Positions 1 to 13,391 of a stretch of DNA of 64,000 nucleotides are shown piece by piece. The DNA lies in NCBI GenBank assembly GCA_964016885.1, contig OZ024754.1, positions 41,726,001-41,790,000 of the forward strand. Reading direction: 5' to 3'. Numbering within the stretch: position 1 is the first letter of the stretch; each line of letters begins with the position of its first letter. The notes under the pieces were generated by a model. The model did not search any database. It saw only the letters and a list, made by a program, of their open reading frames with translations, and was not told where the DNA came from. A program made the position numbers and the translations under genes. The DNA is from Eledone cirrhosa. Lineage: Eukaryota.

Positions 1-283
1 CCTGTTAGAAAAAGATTCTATGATTATAAAAAGTTGTAAAGCAGTATTGTCATTGATTTGTGGAATTATGATTTTGTGTGTGTGCGGGGAGGGGATTTAT
101 CTTCTATTTATGCCTGAAGAGGTTTGATAAATTTATTCATTGCACATAAATGTGGATGAAAAACATACTTTACTATATATAAATATATATTAAATCAAAA
201 GTAGGATGATATATATATATATATAAAATAAACACATCAAACAATTACAGGGAATAATTTGTAGTATATATAATCCTCGTTCT

Positions 284-317
<34 letters not shown>

Positions 318-789
318 CTACTACTAAAACTCTGTGATTGTGTGCTTGTCTGTAATTTAATACAGCCAAAACGGCGCAAAATGGGGAAATACTTTGATAG
401 GAAGTTGCCCCTAAAATGGGCATGTAGTTACAACCCTTTATGTTCTGAGTTAAAATCTCGTGGAGGTTAACTTTGATGTTAATGAGAGCAAACTTTTCCT
501 TACAGAGTCAATAAAATAAAGTACCAGTAATGCACTGGAATCAATTTAATTGACTCTCCCATTCAACTAAAAAATGGTTGGCCATGTACCTAAATCAGAA
601 ACCATATTTATCATTAAAAAGACACAAACTTCTATAATTTTATATAAGAATCATTGTTCCAAACCCCAGCTTAATGAGAAAGTTCTTTTATTAAATTCTA
701 CCAGATTCTTGCCTATTTTCAAAATCTTATACAGTGTCTTTCATTCCAAATATGGAAGAGAAAAAGTTAAACTTGACAGTAATATAGTA

Positions 790-1950
790 ACAGCAATAAA
801 CAGTAGCAGTAACAGCAACAACAGTAACAACAACCACAATAACAATTACAGCAATAACAGCTACAGTAACAACAGCTACAGTAACAACAGTAACAGCAGC
901 AACAACAGTAACAGCTACAGCAATAACAGCTACAGCAATAACAGCTACAGCAATAACAGCTACAGCAATAACAGCAACAGCAATAACAGCAACAGTAACA
1001 ATAACAGCTACAGTAACAACAACAGCTACAGCAATAACAGCAACAGCAATAACAGCTACAGCAATAACAGCTACAGCAATAACAGCTACAGCAATAACAG
1101 CTACAGCAATAACAGCTACAGCAATAACAGCTACAGCAATAACAGCTACAGTAACAACAGCTACAGTAACAACAATAACAGCTACAGTAACAACAGCTAC
1201 AGTAACAACAATAACAGCAACAACAATAACAGCAACAGCAATAACAGCTACAGCAATAACAGCTACAGCAATAACAGCTACAGCAATAACAGCTACAGCA
1301 ATAACAGCTACAGTAACAACAGCTACAGTAACAACAATAACAGCTACAGTAACAACAGCTACAGTAACAACAATAACAGCAACAACAATAACAGCAACAG
1401 CAATAACAGCTACAGCAATAACAGCTACAGCAATAACAGCTACAGCAATAACAGCTACAGCAATAACAGCTACAGCAATAACAGCTACAGCAATAACAGC
1501 TACAGCAATAACAGCTACAGCAATAACAGCTACAGCAATAACAGCAACAGCAATAACAGCAACAGCAATAACAGCTACAGCAGCAATAACAGTAACAGCA
1601 GCAATAACAGTAACAGCAGCAACAACAGTAACAACAGCTACAGCAATAACAGCAACAGCAGCAGTAACAACAGCAACAACAGTAACAACAGCAATAACAG
1701 CTACAGCAATAACAGTAACAGCAGCAGTAACAACAGCAACAACAGTAACAACAGCAATAACAGCTACAGCAATAACAGCTACAGCAATAACAGCTACAGC
1801 AATAACAGCTACAGCAATAACAGCTACAGCAATAACAGCTACAGCAATAACAGCTACAGCAATAACAGTTACAGCAATAACAGCTACAGCAATAACAGCT
1901 ACAGCAATAACAGTAACAGCAGCAACAACAGTAACAGCAGCAATAACAGT
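790..1950. repeat. AAC/AGC/TAC-type minisatellite, mainly 15-bp AATAACAGCTACAGC
   Basis: Direct inspection; explains the N/S/Y and C/Y ORFs. Confidence 0.95.
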
Positions 1951-2737
1951 TACTGGTTATCAACAAGTTGTTACTACGACTTCCTTTGTGGTGTCTAGGC
2001 TAAAATAGTTATGAACACAGCTTCACTGTAACAGATACCTTAACAGTAACAGCAATAATTATTTGATTATTGCCTTTTTATTCTTCTCGTTGAACGTAAT
2101 ATAGTTTGTACATCTTTCTTTTCCATTATTCTAATCTCTGTTGATCACTGATGCAATATTCAATGATATAAGTTCCTATTCTCTTTATAGTTTATTTTCA
2201 GAAGATATTTTTGGTAAAATAAATGTGTAAATTGATTGGAATCATTCAGTTGTTATAGAAACCATGATTTCGAAAGGTGAAATTCCTGTTGTTTATCTAA
2301 AGACTATTTTATAATCAACTTGAGATCTAATGTTACGCTTTACATTTTATTTGTTTCCATAAATCGCACCTTTTGAATCAAACAAACTCCATTGCTCCCT
2401 TTGAAACTCCATGGAGATTAATAAACCCCTAATACACGTTTAAGGCCTTTTTTTACATTTCTAAATATTTTTTTCTATTGATTTGATACACATATATATT
2501 AAAATATCTTGTTTATCACCACCTTTAGCTCTAACAGGCAAACAACAAAGAAAGCAATAAACGGGGGGGGGGGGGGGGTCAAAACTGCTTTCTTTCTCTG
2601 TTTCTTTCTTTCTTTTTCTCTTTCTTGCTTTTGTTTCTTTGTTTGTTTCTTTTTTTTATTCCTGTCTTTCTCAGTGTTGGTTGTTGACTGCTTTGATGTC
2701 AGTTCTTCAGTGCCATGTTCTCTCTTCTCCTCCTGCC

Positions 2738-3080
2738 AACCATCCCCTCACCCACCAACCCAGCTACCCAGCCATCCAACCATCCAACCACATTCTCTCC
2801 TCCACCCAGCCATCCAACCACCCAGCCACATTCTCTCCTCCACCCAGCCACCCAACCATCCCCTCACCCACCAACCCAGCTACCCAGCCATCCAACCATC
2901 CAACCACATTCTCTCCTCCACCCAGCCATCCAACCACCCAGCCACATTCTCTCCTCCACCCAGCCACCCAACCATCCCCTCACCCACCAACCCAGCTACC
3001 CAGCCATCCAACCATCCAACCACATTCTCTCCTCCACCCAGCCATCCAACCACCCAGCCACATTCTCCGTCCTCCACCCA
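2738..3080. repeat. 116-bp C-rich tandem repeat x3
   Basis: AACCATCCCCTCA at 2738, 2854 and 2970. Confidence 0.9.
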
Positions 3081-3389
3081 GCCACCCAGCTATATTCTCT
3101 CCTCTCCACCCAAAGCCACCCAGCCAGCCACCCCAGCCAACCTGTACCCAATCACTCTTCCTAAGCTATATAGTCAGAGTAAATAGAAATTAGAACATTC
3201 CTTTTTAGTTTAACATTGCAGTAGGGTTAAGCATTTTCAGTGTGTGCAAGTGGTGTGTGTATGTGGTGCATGTATGTGTGTGTGTATGTGGTGCATGTAT
3301 GTGTGTGTGTGTGTGTATGTGGTGCATGTATGTTTGGTTGCATACTGAAAATAGGAACCATTTGAGTGTTTTAAATAGTTTGATTAGCT

Positions 3390-3431
<42 letters not shown>

Positions 3432-3489
3432 CCCAAAATTGCTGGCCTTGTACCTTAATCAGGAACCATAACGCTATTATTATTATTAT

Positions 3490-3680
3490 AGATTGCCAGT
3501 ATCGGTAGAGGGTTGGACGCCATGCTTTCCAGCATAGTTACGTCCCTTTATGGTCTGAGTTCAAATCCCGCCGAGGTGAACTTTGCCTTTCATCCTTACG
3601 GGGTCGATAAAATAAAGCACCAGTAATACACTGGGGTAATTGCTGGCCTTGTGCCTAAAGTAGAAACAATTATTATTATT
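3490..3680 (+). mobile_element. tRNA-derived SINE group A
   Basis: A-box-like TGCCAGTATCGG, B box GAGTTCAAATCC, central GCCTTTCATCCTTACGGGGTCGATAAAATAAAG, (TTA)n tail. Confidence 0.85.
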
Positions 3681-3959
3681 TGTTTTGTTTTCCTCTTCCT
3701 TCAGTTTTGTTTCCATTTCTTGCTGTTTTCCCCACACTCTAGGGCAGAGAAACTCACTGTATACATTAAGCCACAAATATAAACACCAGATTGTTCATGT
3801 CACGTACTTTACGCAGTTACAAGTATGTCAATTACTTTATACATATGTACATTATCTGTTTACAATCATATTTACCACACAATCATAATCAATCATATAT
3901 GAGTGTTCAATTATTTACAACTTACATAATTATGGAATATAATCAAATAAAATAAAATA

Positions 3960-4130
3960 AATCATCATCATCATCATCCAATGGCCTCAGCCGAAATGGA
4001 CTCAACAATTGATCTCCACGTGGGTCTGTCGTTCATTGCTGTTGCCAAGTCCTGGATTTCAATACCAGAATCTCTGGAGATGACATCGGGGATAGGAAAG
4101 CTTGCACCCCCTGTTATTAGGGACTGCTTG
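3960..4130 (-). mobile_element. RTE-clade LINE 3' end
   Basis: Minus-strand translation PDVISRDSGIEIQDLATAMNDRPTWRSIV followed by (GAT)n. Confidence 0.7.
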
Positions 4131-4394
4131 TGGTTTCTAAAGCTCTAATGGGGACACAGCCTCATAAAATAAATATTAAATAGATTATCTTTTTCACAGA
4201 GATATTGCTCTTCTCAATATGTGTGACATACCTGTTAAAACAATTGTTTTCCACTTCTTACAGAGGTGCTAAGCCAGTGATCGTTCTCAAATAATTTCCG
4301 GTTGTTGTTTCTAACATTCCTACTACTCATACAATCACTGATATTTTAACCATCTTCAGAGGCCATATCTTTTTCAATTTCAATGAGCAAATCT

Positions 4395-5376
4395 TTTTGA
4401 AGATCCACATCCTATGTGGCCCACCTTTTGAAGATCCACATCCTATGTGCCCCACCTTTTGAAGATCCACATCCTATGTAACCCACCTTTTGAAGATCCA
4501 CATCCTATGTAACCCACCTTTTGAAGATCCACATCCTATGTGGCCCACCTTTTGAAGATCCACATCCTATGTGGCCCACCTTTTGAAGATCCACATCCTA
4601 TGTGCCCCACCTTTTGAAGATCCACATCCTATGTGCCCCACCTTTTGAAGATCCACATCCTATGTGGCCCACCTTTTGAAGATCCACATCCTATGTGCCC
4701 CACCTTTTGAAGATCTACATCCTATGTAACCCACCTTTTGAAGATCTACATCCTATGTAACCCACCTTTTGAAGATCCACATCCTATGTGGCCCACCTTT
4801 TGAAGATCCACATCCTATGTGGCCCACCTTTTGAAGATCCACATCCTATGTAACCCACCTTTTGAAGATCCACATCCTATGTGGCCCACCTTTTGAAGAT
4901 CTACATCCTATGTAACCCACCTTTTGAAGATCCACATCCTATGTGCCCCACCTTTTGAAGATCTACATCCTATGTAACCCACCTTTTGAAGATCTACATC
5001 CTATGTAACCCACCTTTTGAAGATCCACATCCTATGTGGCCCACCTTTTGAAGATCCACATCCTATGTGGCCCACCTTTTGAAGATCCACATCCTATGTG
5101 CCCCACCTTTTGAAGATCCACATCCTATGTAACCCACCTTTTGAAGATCCACATCCTATGTGGCCCACCTTTTGAAGATCCACATCCTATGTAACCCACC
5201 TTTTGAAGATCCACATCCTATGTGGCCCACCTTTTGAAGATCCACATCCTATGTAACCCACCTTTTGAAGAGCCACATCCTATGTGCCCCACCTTTTGAA
5301 GATCTACATCCTATGTAACCCACCTTTTGAAGAGCCATATCCTATGCGGCCCACCTTTTGAAGAGTCACATCCTAT
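4395..5376. repeat. 31-bp minisatellite (~31 units)
   Basis: TTTTGAAGATCCACATCCTATGT[GGC/GCC/AAC]CCACC. Confidence 0.95.
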
Positions 5377-5635
5377 ACTGGTGCTAAATCTTTCTATACA
5401 GAGGTTATTGTTATTATCGTTGTCATCGTTAGGGTGTCAGACATGGTTTATAGCATATAGATTTGGTCCTTTACATTTTGAGTTCAAATCCTATTGAGGC
5501 TAGCTTTGCTGTTAATCCTCACGGGGTCAATAAAATAAAGTACCAGTAACACATGGGGGTCGATTTAATCAACTTTGTCCTCCATCAAAACATTGTTAAC
5601 CTTGTGCCTAATTCAGAAACCATTATTGCTATCAT

Positions 5636-5862
5636 TTAACCCTTTAGTGTTCAATCCGGCCAAAACCGGCCAGAATTCTCTACCTCTTTCTGTTGAAACT
5701 GGCTGTAACTGGTCACTTAAACTGATGTTAAGGTATTGTTCTCAAAATAAATACTTTCAAAATCTCATAGATTCGATATTATATGAGATATTATGTGAGG
5801 TAAAGCCTTTACCATGAACATATAATAGTAAATATAAAGTAATGTGAATGCTAAAGGGATAA
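5636..5862. mobile_element. piggyBac-like MITE family 1 copy
   Basis: TTAACCCTTTAG...GCTAAAGGGATAA; shared internal GTATTGTTCTCAAAATAAAT/CTCATAGATTCGATATT. Confidence 0.85.
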
Positions 5863-6008
5863 GAAAACAATGCTTCATTCTTTCCATACAAATGTACTTG
5901 TTATCTGAAAATCTGTGAAGTGTAAAATATATTAAATATAGTTGAGAACTTTGTTGATTGTGTTACTATATTTAATATCTGTAGCGATGTAGAACTGTGC
6001 AGGGAGGC

Positions 6009-6189
6009 GATATCAACAAAAGGGTGGGTGGTATCAACAAAAGGGTGGGTGGTATCAACAAAAGGGTGGGTGGTATCAACAAAAGGGTGGGTGGTATCGA
6101 CAAAAGGGTGGGTGGTATCAACAAAAGGGTGGGTGGTATCAACAAAAGGGTGGGTGATATCAACAAAAGGGTGGGTGGTATCAACAAAA
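6009..6189. repeat. 21-bp minisatellite
   Basis: GTATCAACAAAAGGGTGGGTG x~8.5. Confidence 0.95.
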
Positions 6190-7064
6190 TCCCTCTCCAA
6201 GCCACTGAAGTTGTCCAAGGGTAAGGCAATGGCCAATACAGCTTGGCGCCAGTGATATACACACACTATATACACATTACATTATATATATACACTGTGT
6301 ATTTATAAATACACTATATATACATTGTGTATACATTATATATACACTATATATACATTATATATACACTATATATACATTATATATACACTATATATAC
6401 ATTATATATACACTATATATACATTATATATACACTGTGTATACGTTATAAATACACTATATATACATTATAAATACACTATATATACATTATATAAACA
6501 CTATATATACACTGTGTACATTATAAATACACTGTATACATTATAAATACACTATATATACACTGTGTATACATTATAAATACACTATATATACATTATA
6601 TAAACACTATATATACACTGTGTGTACATTATAAATACACTGTATACATTATAAATACACTATATATACACTATATGTTATATATACATTATATATACAT
6701 CATATATACACTATATATAATTTTGTCCAAGAGAAAGAAAGCCAATGGCTGATACAGCTTGGCACCAGTGACATTGCAAGTCATTTTTACAGCTGAGTAA
6801 ACTGGAGCAATGTGAAATAAAGTGACTTGCTCAAGGAAACCAAGCCTGGTGCAGGATTCCAACTCACAACCTTGCAATTGTGAGCTCAATGCTCTAACCA
6901 CTAAGCCACACACCTAAGTATTGTAGAACCAGGGACAAGTTTAGGCAGTTTGGTTTTAACAGGATTAATTTATCACTTAGTGTCACATGAATAAATAGTC
7001 CGAGATATAATGAGTGATGGGGACCTTGTTGGATATATATTGAGAGAAGGGGGGGGGGGGGAGA

Positions 7065-7857
7065 AGCCATGTTGGATATTTATTGAGAGAGGGGGGAGTA
7101 GCCATGTTGGATATGTATTGAGAGGGGGGAGTTGCCATCTTGGATTTGTATTGAGAGAGAGAGGCGGGGGTAGTCATCTTGGATTTGTATTGAGAGAGAG
7201 AGAGGGGGGGAGTAGCCATGTTGGATATTTATTGAGAGAGAGAGGGAGTAGCCATGTTGGATATTTATTGAGAGAGAGGGGGAGTAGCCATGTTGGATAT
7301 TTATTGAGAGAGAGGGGGGAGTAGCCATGTTGGATATTTATTGAGAGAGAGGGGGGAGTAGCCATGTTGGATATTTATTGAGAGAGAGGGGGGAGTAGCC
7401 ATGTTGGATATTTATTGAGAGAGAGGGGGAGTAGCCATGTTGGATATTTATTGAGAGAGAGGGGGGAGTAGCCATGTTGGATATTTATTGAGAGAGAGGG
7501 GGGAGTAGCCATGTTTGATATTTATTGAGAGAGAGGGGGGAGTAGCCATGTTTGATATTTATTGAGAGAGAGGGGGGAGTAGCCATGTTGGATATTTATT
7601 GAGAGAGAGGGGGGAGTAGCCATGTTGGATATTTATTGAGAGAGAGGGGGAGTAGCCATGTTGGATATTTATTGAGAGAGAGAGTGAGTAGCCATGTTTG
7701 ATATTTATTGAGAGAGAGGGGGGAGTAGCCATGTTGGATATTTATTGAGAGAGAGGGGGAGTAGCCATGTTGGATATTTATTGAGAGAGAGGGGGAGTAG
7801 CCATGTTGGATATTTATTGAGAGAGAGAGGGAGTAGCCATGTTAGATATTTATTGAG
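7065..7857. repeat. ~37-bp minisatellite (~21 units)
   Basis: GTAGCCATGTTGGATATTTATT(GA)nG(n)A. Confidence 0.95.
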
Positions 7858-8210
7858 AAAAAAGATGGGTAAATAGACCATTATTTTCTAAGTCAACAAG
7901 TGGAAGGAAATTTGGGTCAAACCCATTAGCTTTTAAGTGACAAAAATCACTTCTTAGGTGATATGTTTGAGCTCTCCACTACAATTGAAAATACTCAAAC
8001 TTATCGTTGAATTCAAGCACCAATGGTATGCTATTAACATGCCAAGACATCTTGTACAGCTGAGAAAGGGTTATATCTCAAACTACTGCTTTTTTAGATT
8101 TTATTTGCCTGCAATTAGAGATGCAAACAATCGATTGTTGTTATAACTTTCAACGTATTTCCTGGTTACTCTCTATCTTCTTTGGAATGTCCGAAGTTTC
8201 CTCCCTGAAT

Positions 8211-8507
8211 TTAACCCTTTAGCATTTACATTACTCTGTATTTACTATAGTATTATTTCTACTTTTGGCACAAGGCCAGCAATTACTCTAGTGCATGACT
8301 GGTGTTTTATTTTATCGACCCCCGTAAAGATGACGGGCAAAGTTAATCTAAAGGCTTTACCTCACATAATATTGAATCTATGAGATTTTGATATTATTTA
8401 TTTTGAGAACAATACCTTAACAGTATGAGCAACCAGTTACAGCCAGTTTCAACAGGAGTTGAGAGAATTCTGGCAGGATACGGCTGGTTTAGATGCTAAA
8501 GGGTTAA
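8211..8507. mobile_element. piggyBac-like MITE family 1 copy with a nested SINE fragment (~8255-8350)
   Basis: TTAACCCTTTAGCATTTA...AGATGCTAAAGGGTTAA. Confidence 0.85.
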
Positions 8508-8846
8508 ATATTGAACTGATATATATATATATAGGAAGACGTATACTAGCAGCTGAGGTATATGATAGTTTTATCTGTATAAATACAGTGTGTGTAACCA
8601 AGACTGCACCAATATATATATTTATATATATACCTTTGCAAGCAGGGAAAAGCGGACATAAAATGATGATGATGATGATATATGTGGTTGGTGTTAGGAA
8701 GGGCATCCAGCTGTAGAAAACCCGCCAGACAGTCCTATGCGAGCAATGACAACCACTCTTGCCTCAAGTGGGAAAATTCCCGTCCAAACCCATGCAAGCG
8801 TGGAACATGGACGTTAAACGATGATGATGATGATGATGATATATAT

Positions 8847-9039
8847 ATAGGAACGAGTAGGACCCCGACGGCTGAGCTCAAGCCGTTTCGACGGCTAATT
8901 CTGGACCAGAATTAGCCATCGAAATGGCTTGAGCTCAGCCGTCGGGGTCCTACTCGTTCCTATTACCCACTCTACTACCCTAAGTATTGAGTACTTTGGT
9001 GCGTTATGGTCCACCTGGTTCCTTACCACATTTCCTTCG

Positions 9040-9040
<1 letters not shown>
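8847..9040 (+). mobile_element. Hairpin-plus-tail element (family H), best-preserved copy
   Basis: 58-bp arms 8847-8904 / 8906-8963 with 2 mismatches, then ~75-nt tail TACCCACTCTACTACCCTAAGTATTGAGTACT...; flanked by (TA)n. Confidence 0.85.
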
Positions 9041-9093
<53 letters not shown>

Positions 9094-9695
9094 TCGTTGA
9101 CAAGTATATTAATGTGCACAGACGCGCAGATATACTGCCCTTGGTATGACAGTGTGGTTTTAGCTGTCTATGTGCTGGGTATATGTTTTGGAAACATAGT
9201 ATTATATCGCCTAACGCTTGGAACTGGGAGCAATGGATGGAGGGTGTTGGTATGATATGGAGGAATCGACCTGTTACAAGGCGATATAACTGGAGTGCAC
9301 CATCCTTCCTAGAGACAATCCTATATGTGCAGCTGCACCACAGCTAACCAACTTTTCTTTTCACTGACTCATGCTTGCAAGCTTTCATACGCTGCCCTGT
9401 ACATCCTGTATTTGCACTGCTTGGGAATTGATGTGTCTATGCTTTGTTTTGTTTTTTCTTGTTTTTTTATCATGCTGAGTAACACCCTCACTCATTTCTT
9501 GCTCTCCTCTCTCAACCTCCTTATCATCTATTGCACCATTTATGTGATAAACTTTTGATGTAATTTTTTATGACATTATATGCGTCATGTATTGTGTGTT
9601 TTTCTATATAGTGCTGACCTTGGGACCCCCCTACTTGTCCTTTATCCTTGTTCTGGTGACTGAGCTCGATGGAGCCTGCAACCTTTGATATATTT

Positions 9696-9761
9696 TTGTT
9701 TATAAGCTCTGATGATTCCTGCCATAGGGTATGGATGAAACACTGTTAGCAAATAAAACAA
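9696..9761 (+). ncRNA. Type I hammerhead ribozyme motif (Penelope-like pLTR)
   Basis: TTTATAAGCT-CTGATGA-TTCCTGCC ATAG GGTATGGAT-GAAAC-ACTGTT-AGCAAATAAA; core intact, stem I interrupted, GUU site, AATAAA follows. Confidence 0.65.
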
Positions 9762-10506
9762 TGTATTTCTAAGCACTCTTTGGTTATTCCTAAACTTACA
9801 TATATATATATATATATATATATGTACGCATGTATGTATGTATGTAAACATGCCAGAAAATATGAATTTCCCTATAAACATCACGAGCTCCCGGTTATCG
9901 CCAGTTTGAAAAAGAAGAGAGAATTCTGGCCAGATACAACCAGTTTAAATGCTAAAGGGTTAATAAGGATAATTTTAGTTATTCCTAAATCGCTCCTATT
10001 TTTTAAGTTATTTTCAACATGTTTCCGAAGTACAGTCTTTCATGAGAAATATAATGGTGAAGAGGTTAAGATTCCACACTCAATCTCTCTCACTCAAGCC
10101 AGTTATTATCCCCAATATATGAAGCTGGTATGCAGCAGATACTTGTTCTTTATTTTTATGTTTTCATTTGTATGTGATGGGAGTTTTTGATTGAGTATTT
10201 TAGCAGTTTTCTATATAAATAATTAATACTCTCCCCTTCATCTTCTAATTAATCTTTAATGCTTGATTGGTAAAACTATACACGATGTCTGTTGGTGCAG
10301 ATTTATTGGCAAAAATTGTTATCAATTTAGGTGTTTATTTATTTACATTTTAACCCGTCATTGATGTTTGAACTCTTTTGAAAGTTCATGTAGAGAATCA
10401 ATTTGTTTATGTTGCTTTCAACATTTGTGTGCATGTGTGTGTGTGTTTGTGTGTGCATGTGTGTGTGTGTAATGGAATGAAAACTGACACAGTTGCAACA
10501 TGTATG

Positions 10507-10579
<73 letters not shown>

Positions 10580-11194
10580 ATTTGCATGTTTGTAATTCCA
10601 TGAATTATTCCATAGCTTTCAATAATATATATGGCAGAGAAAGTAAAGGGTTGGTCTAATGTGTCAATAAATTGTGAGTTCATATCTACTGCAGATGTTT
10701 TGTTGTATATGTACAGGGTTACTTTATTTTGTATATGTTTGACATGATTAACAAGATCCCAGTCCTCTCTCGCTTACCAAGTGGTGTGGAGATCATCAAA
10801 TTGGACCAAGGAAGCAATGTTTCCATTGCTCATACTACCTACTAGCTGAAGGAGCAACGTGAAATAAAGTGTCTTGCTCAAGGACATAACGCATCTTACG
10901 TTATCAGCCCAGCACTCACTGTAAATGAGGTTGGTGTTTGGAAGGGCGTCCAGCTGTAGAACTCAAGCCAGAATCGGTTCCCGTCCCACCCTTGCCAGCA
11001 GGGAAAAGCGGACGTAAAATGATGATGATGATGATGATGTATATATAAAAAATAAAAAAGCTGCAAATAGGACTTCCTATTGTGTGTGTGTGTGTGAGCA
11101 AGACAAGGACAGCTGACCTAACATTGACCACAACAGGACAACTCGTCTAACCCATGCTAGCATGGAAGAATGGATGTAAAACGGTGATGATGAT

Positions 11195-12207
11195 GATATA
11201 TGTATGTGTATGATATATATATGTATGTGTATGATATATATATGTATGTGTATGATATGTATATGTATGTGTATGATATGTATGTATGTGTATGATATAT
11301 ATATGTATGTGTATGATATATATATGTATGTGTATGATATATATATGTATGTGTATGATATATATATGTATGTGTATGATATATATATGTATGTGTATGA
11401 TATATATATGTGTATGTGTATGATATATATATATGTATATGTATGTGTATGATATATATATATATGTATGTGTAATATATATGTATGTGTATGATATATA
11501 TATGTATGTGTATGATATATATATATATGTATGTGTAATATATATGTATGTGTATATATATATGTATATGTATGTGTATTATATATATATGTATGTGTAT
11601 TATATATATATGTATGTGTATTATATATATATGTATGTGTATTATATATATATGTATGTGTATTATATATATATGTATGTGTATTATATATATATGTATG
11701 TGTATTATATATATATGTATGTGTATGATATATATATGTATATGTATGATATATATATGATATATATATGTATATGTATGATATATATATGTATATGTAT
11801 GATATATATATGTATATGTATGATATATATATGTATATGTATGATACATATATATGTATATGTATGATACATATATATGTATGTGTATGATACATATATA
11901 TGTATGTGTATGATACATATATATGTATGTGTATGATATATATATATGTATGTGTATGATATATATATATGTATGTGTATGATATATATATATGTATGTG
12001 TATGATATATATATATGTATGTGTATGATATATATATATGTATGTGTATGATACATATATATGTATGTGTATGATACATATATATGTATGTGTATGATAC
12101 ATATATATGTATGTGTATGATATATATATATGTATGTGTATGATATATATATATGTATATGTATGATATATATATGTATGTATATGTATATATATATATA
12201 TATATAT
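11195..12207. repeat. Compound (TA)n/TATG minisatellite
   Basis: TATGTATGTGTATGA(TA)n units. Confidence 0.95.
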
Positions 12208-12369
12208 TGTCCTACCCATGCTAAACAATGCCGATGATATATATATGTGTATATATATACACACATGCTTATGTATGTCTATATGTATATATCACTGTTT
12301 TAATGGCTACTTTCCCTGCAAGAGTTGGACACGACTACATGATCAAAAGATGGTTAAAAGAGTTCCAAG

Positions 12370-12440
12370 TATTTTATTATGCGCATTTCAAAAACAAATC
12401 TCATCATGGGATGATATTTGCGTTCTCATCAGATAAAATA
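12370..12440 (-). ncRNA. Type I hammerhead ribozyme motif (Penelope/retrozyme-like), apparently intact
   Basis: Minus strand TATTTTAT-CTGATGA-[stem II GAACGCAAATATCATC CCAT GATGAGATTTGTTTTT]-GAA-ATGCGCAT-A-ATAAAATA: full core, 8-bp stem I, palindromic stem III, AUA cleavage triplet. Confidence 0.8.
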
Positions 12441-12640
12441 GGGAGACATGATATGAAGCTTAAAAAACACTTGTGAGCAGTATATATATATATATAGCAT
12501 GTATATATATCATCATCATCATCATCATGTTTAGCGTCCGTGTTCCAAGCTTGCATGGGTTTGGACGGGGGTTTTCCCACCTGAGGCAAGAGTGGTTGTC
12601 TTGCTCGCATAGGACTGTCTGGCGGGTTTTCTACAGTTGG

Positions 12641-12734
<94 letters not shown>

Positions 12735-13317
12735 CAGAAGTTGCAACCGGTAGATAGTATCAGCAATGGAAAGACCAATGAAAACATTTGTTTCCTTGGA
12801 CGAATCTCCTCCCCTCCCTCACTCATTAACTGAATGAAGTCTGGGATCTTGTTGGTCTATCTCTCTTCCTACTGTATATGTGTGTGTGTATATATGCCTG
12901 TAAATACTTTGTGTGTGTATGCACATATGTGTATGTATATTTATGCATGTATGTATGCAAGTATGGATATATATGCAAATATGTATATTTATGCATGTAT
13001 ATATATATATATATCATCATCATCCTCCTCGTTTATGCATGTATATATATGTATGCATACATATGTATATATGTATGTCTGCATGTATATATGTATATGT
13101 ATGCATATATGTATATGTATGCGTATATATATATATATATGCATGTATATATGTATATATATGTATGCGTATATATATATATATGTATGCGTATATATAT
13201 ATATATGCATGTATATATATGTATGCATGTATATATGTATATATATGTATGCGTATATATATGTATGCATGTATATATGTATATATATGTATGCATGTTT
13301 ATATATATATGTATGCA

Positions 13318-13391
<74 letters not shown>

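Noticed and set aside
574-1998. 474-aa N/S/Y-rich ORF and antisense Cys-rich ORF
   Set aside because: Translation of a trinucleotide-based minisatellite; the start lies in a SINE tail and there is no domain evidence
4395-5376. 31-bp repeats resembling a CRISPR array
   Set aside because: Units abut with no unique spacers, no cas genes, and eukaryotic context; the same applies to the 37-, 43- and 47-bp arrays
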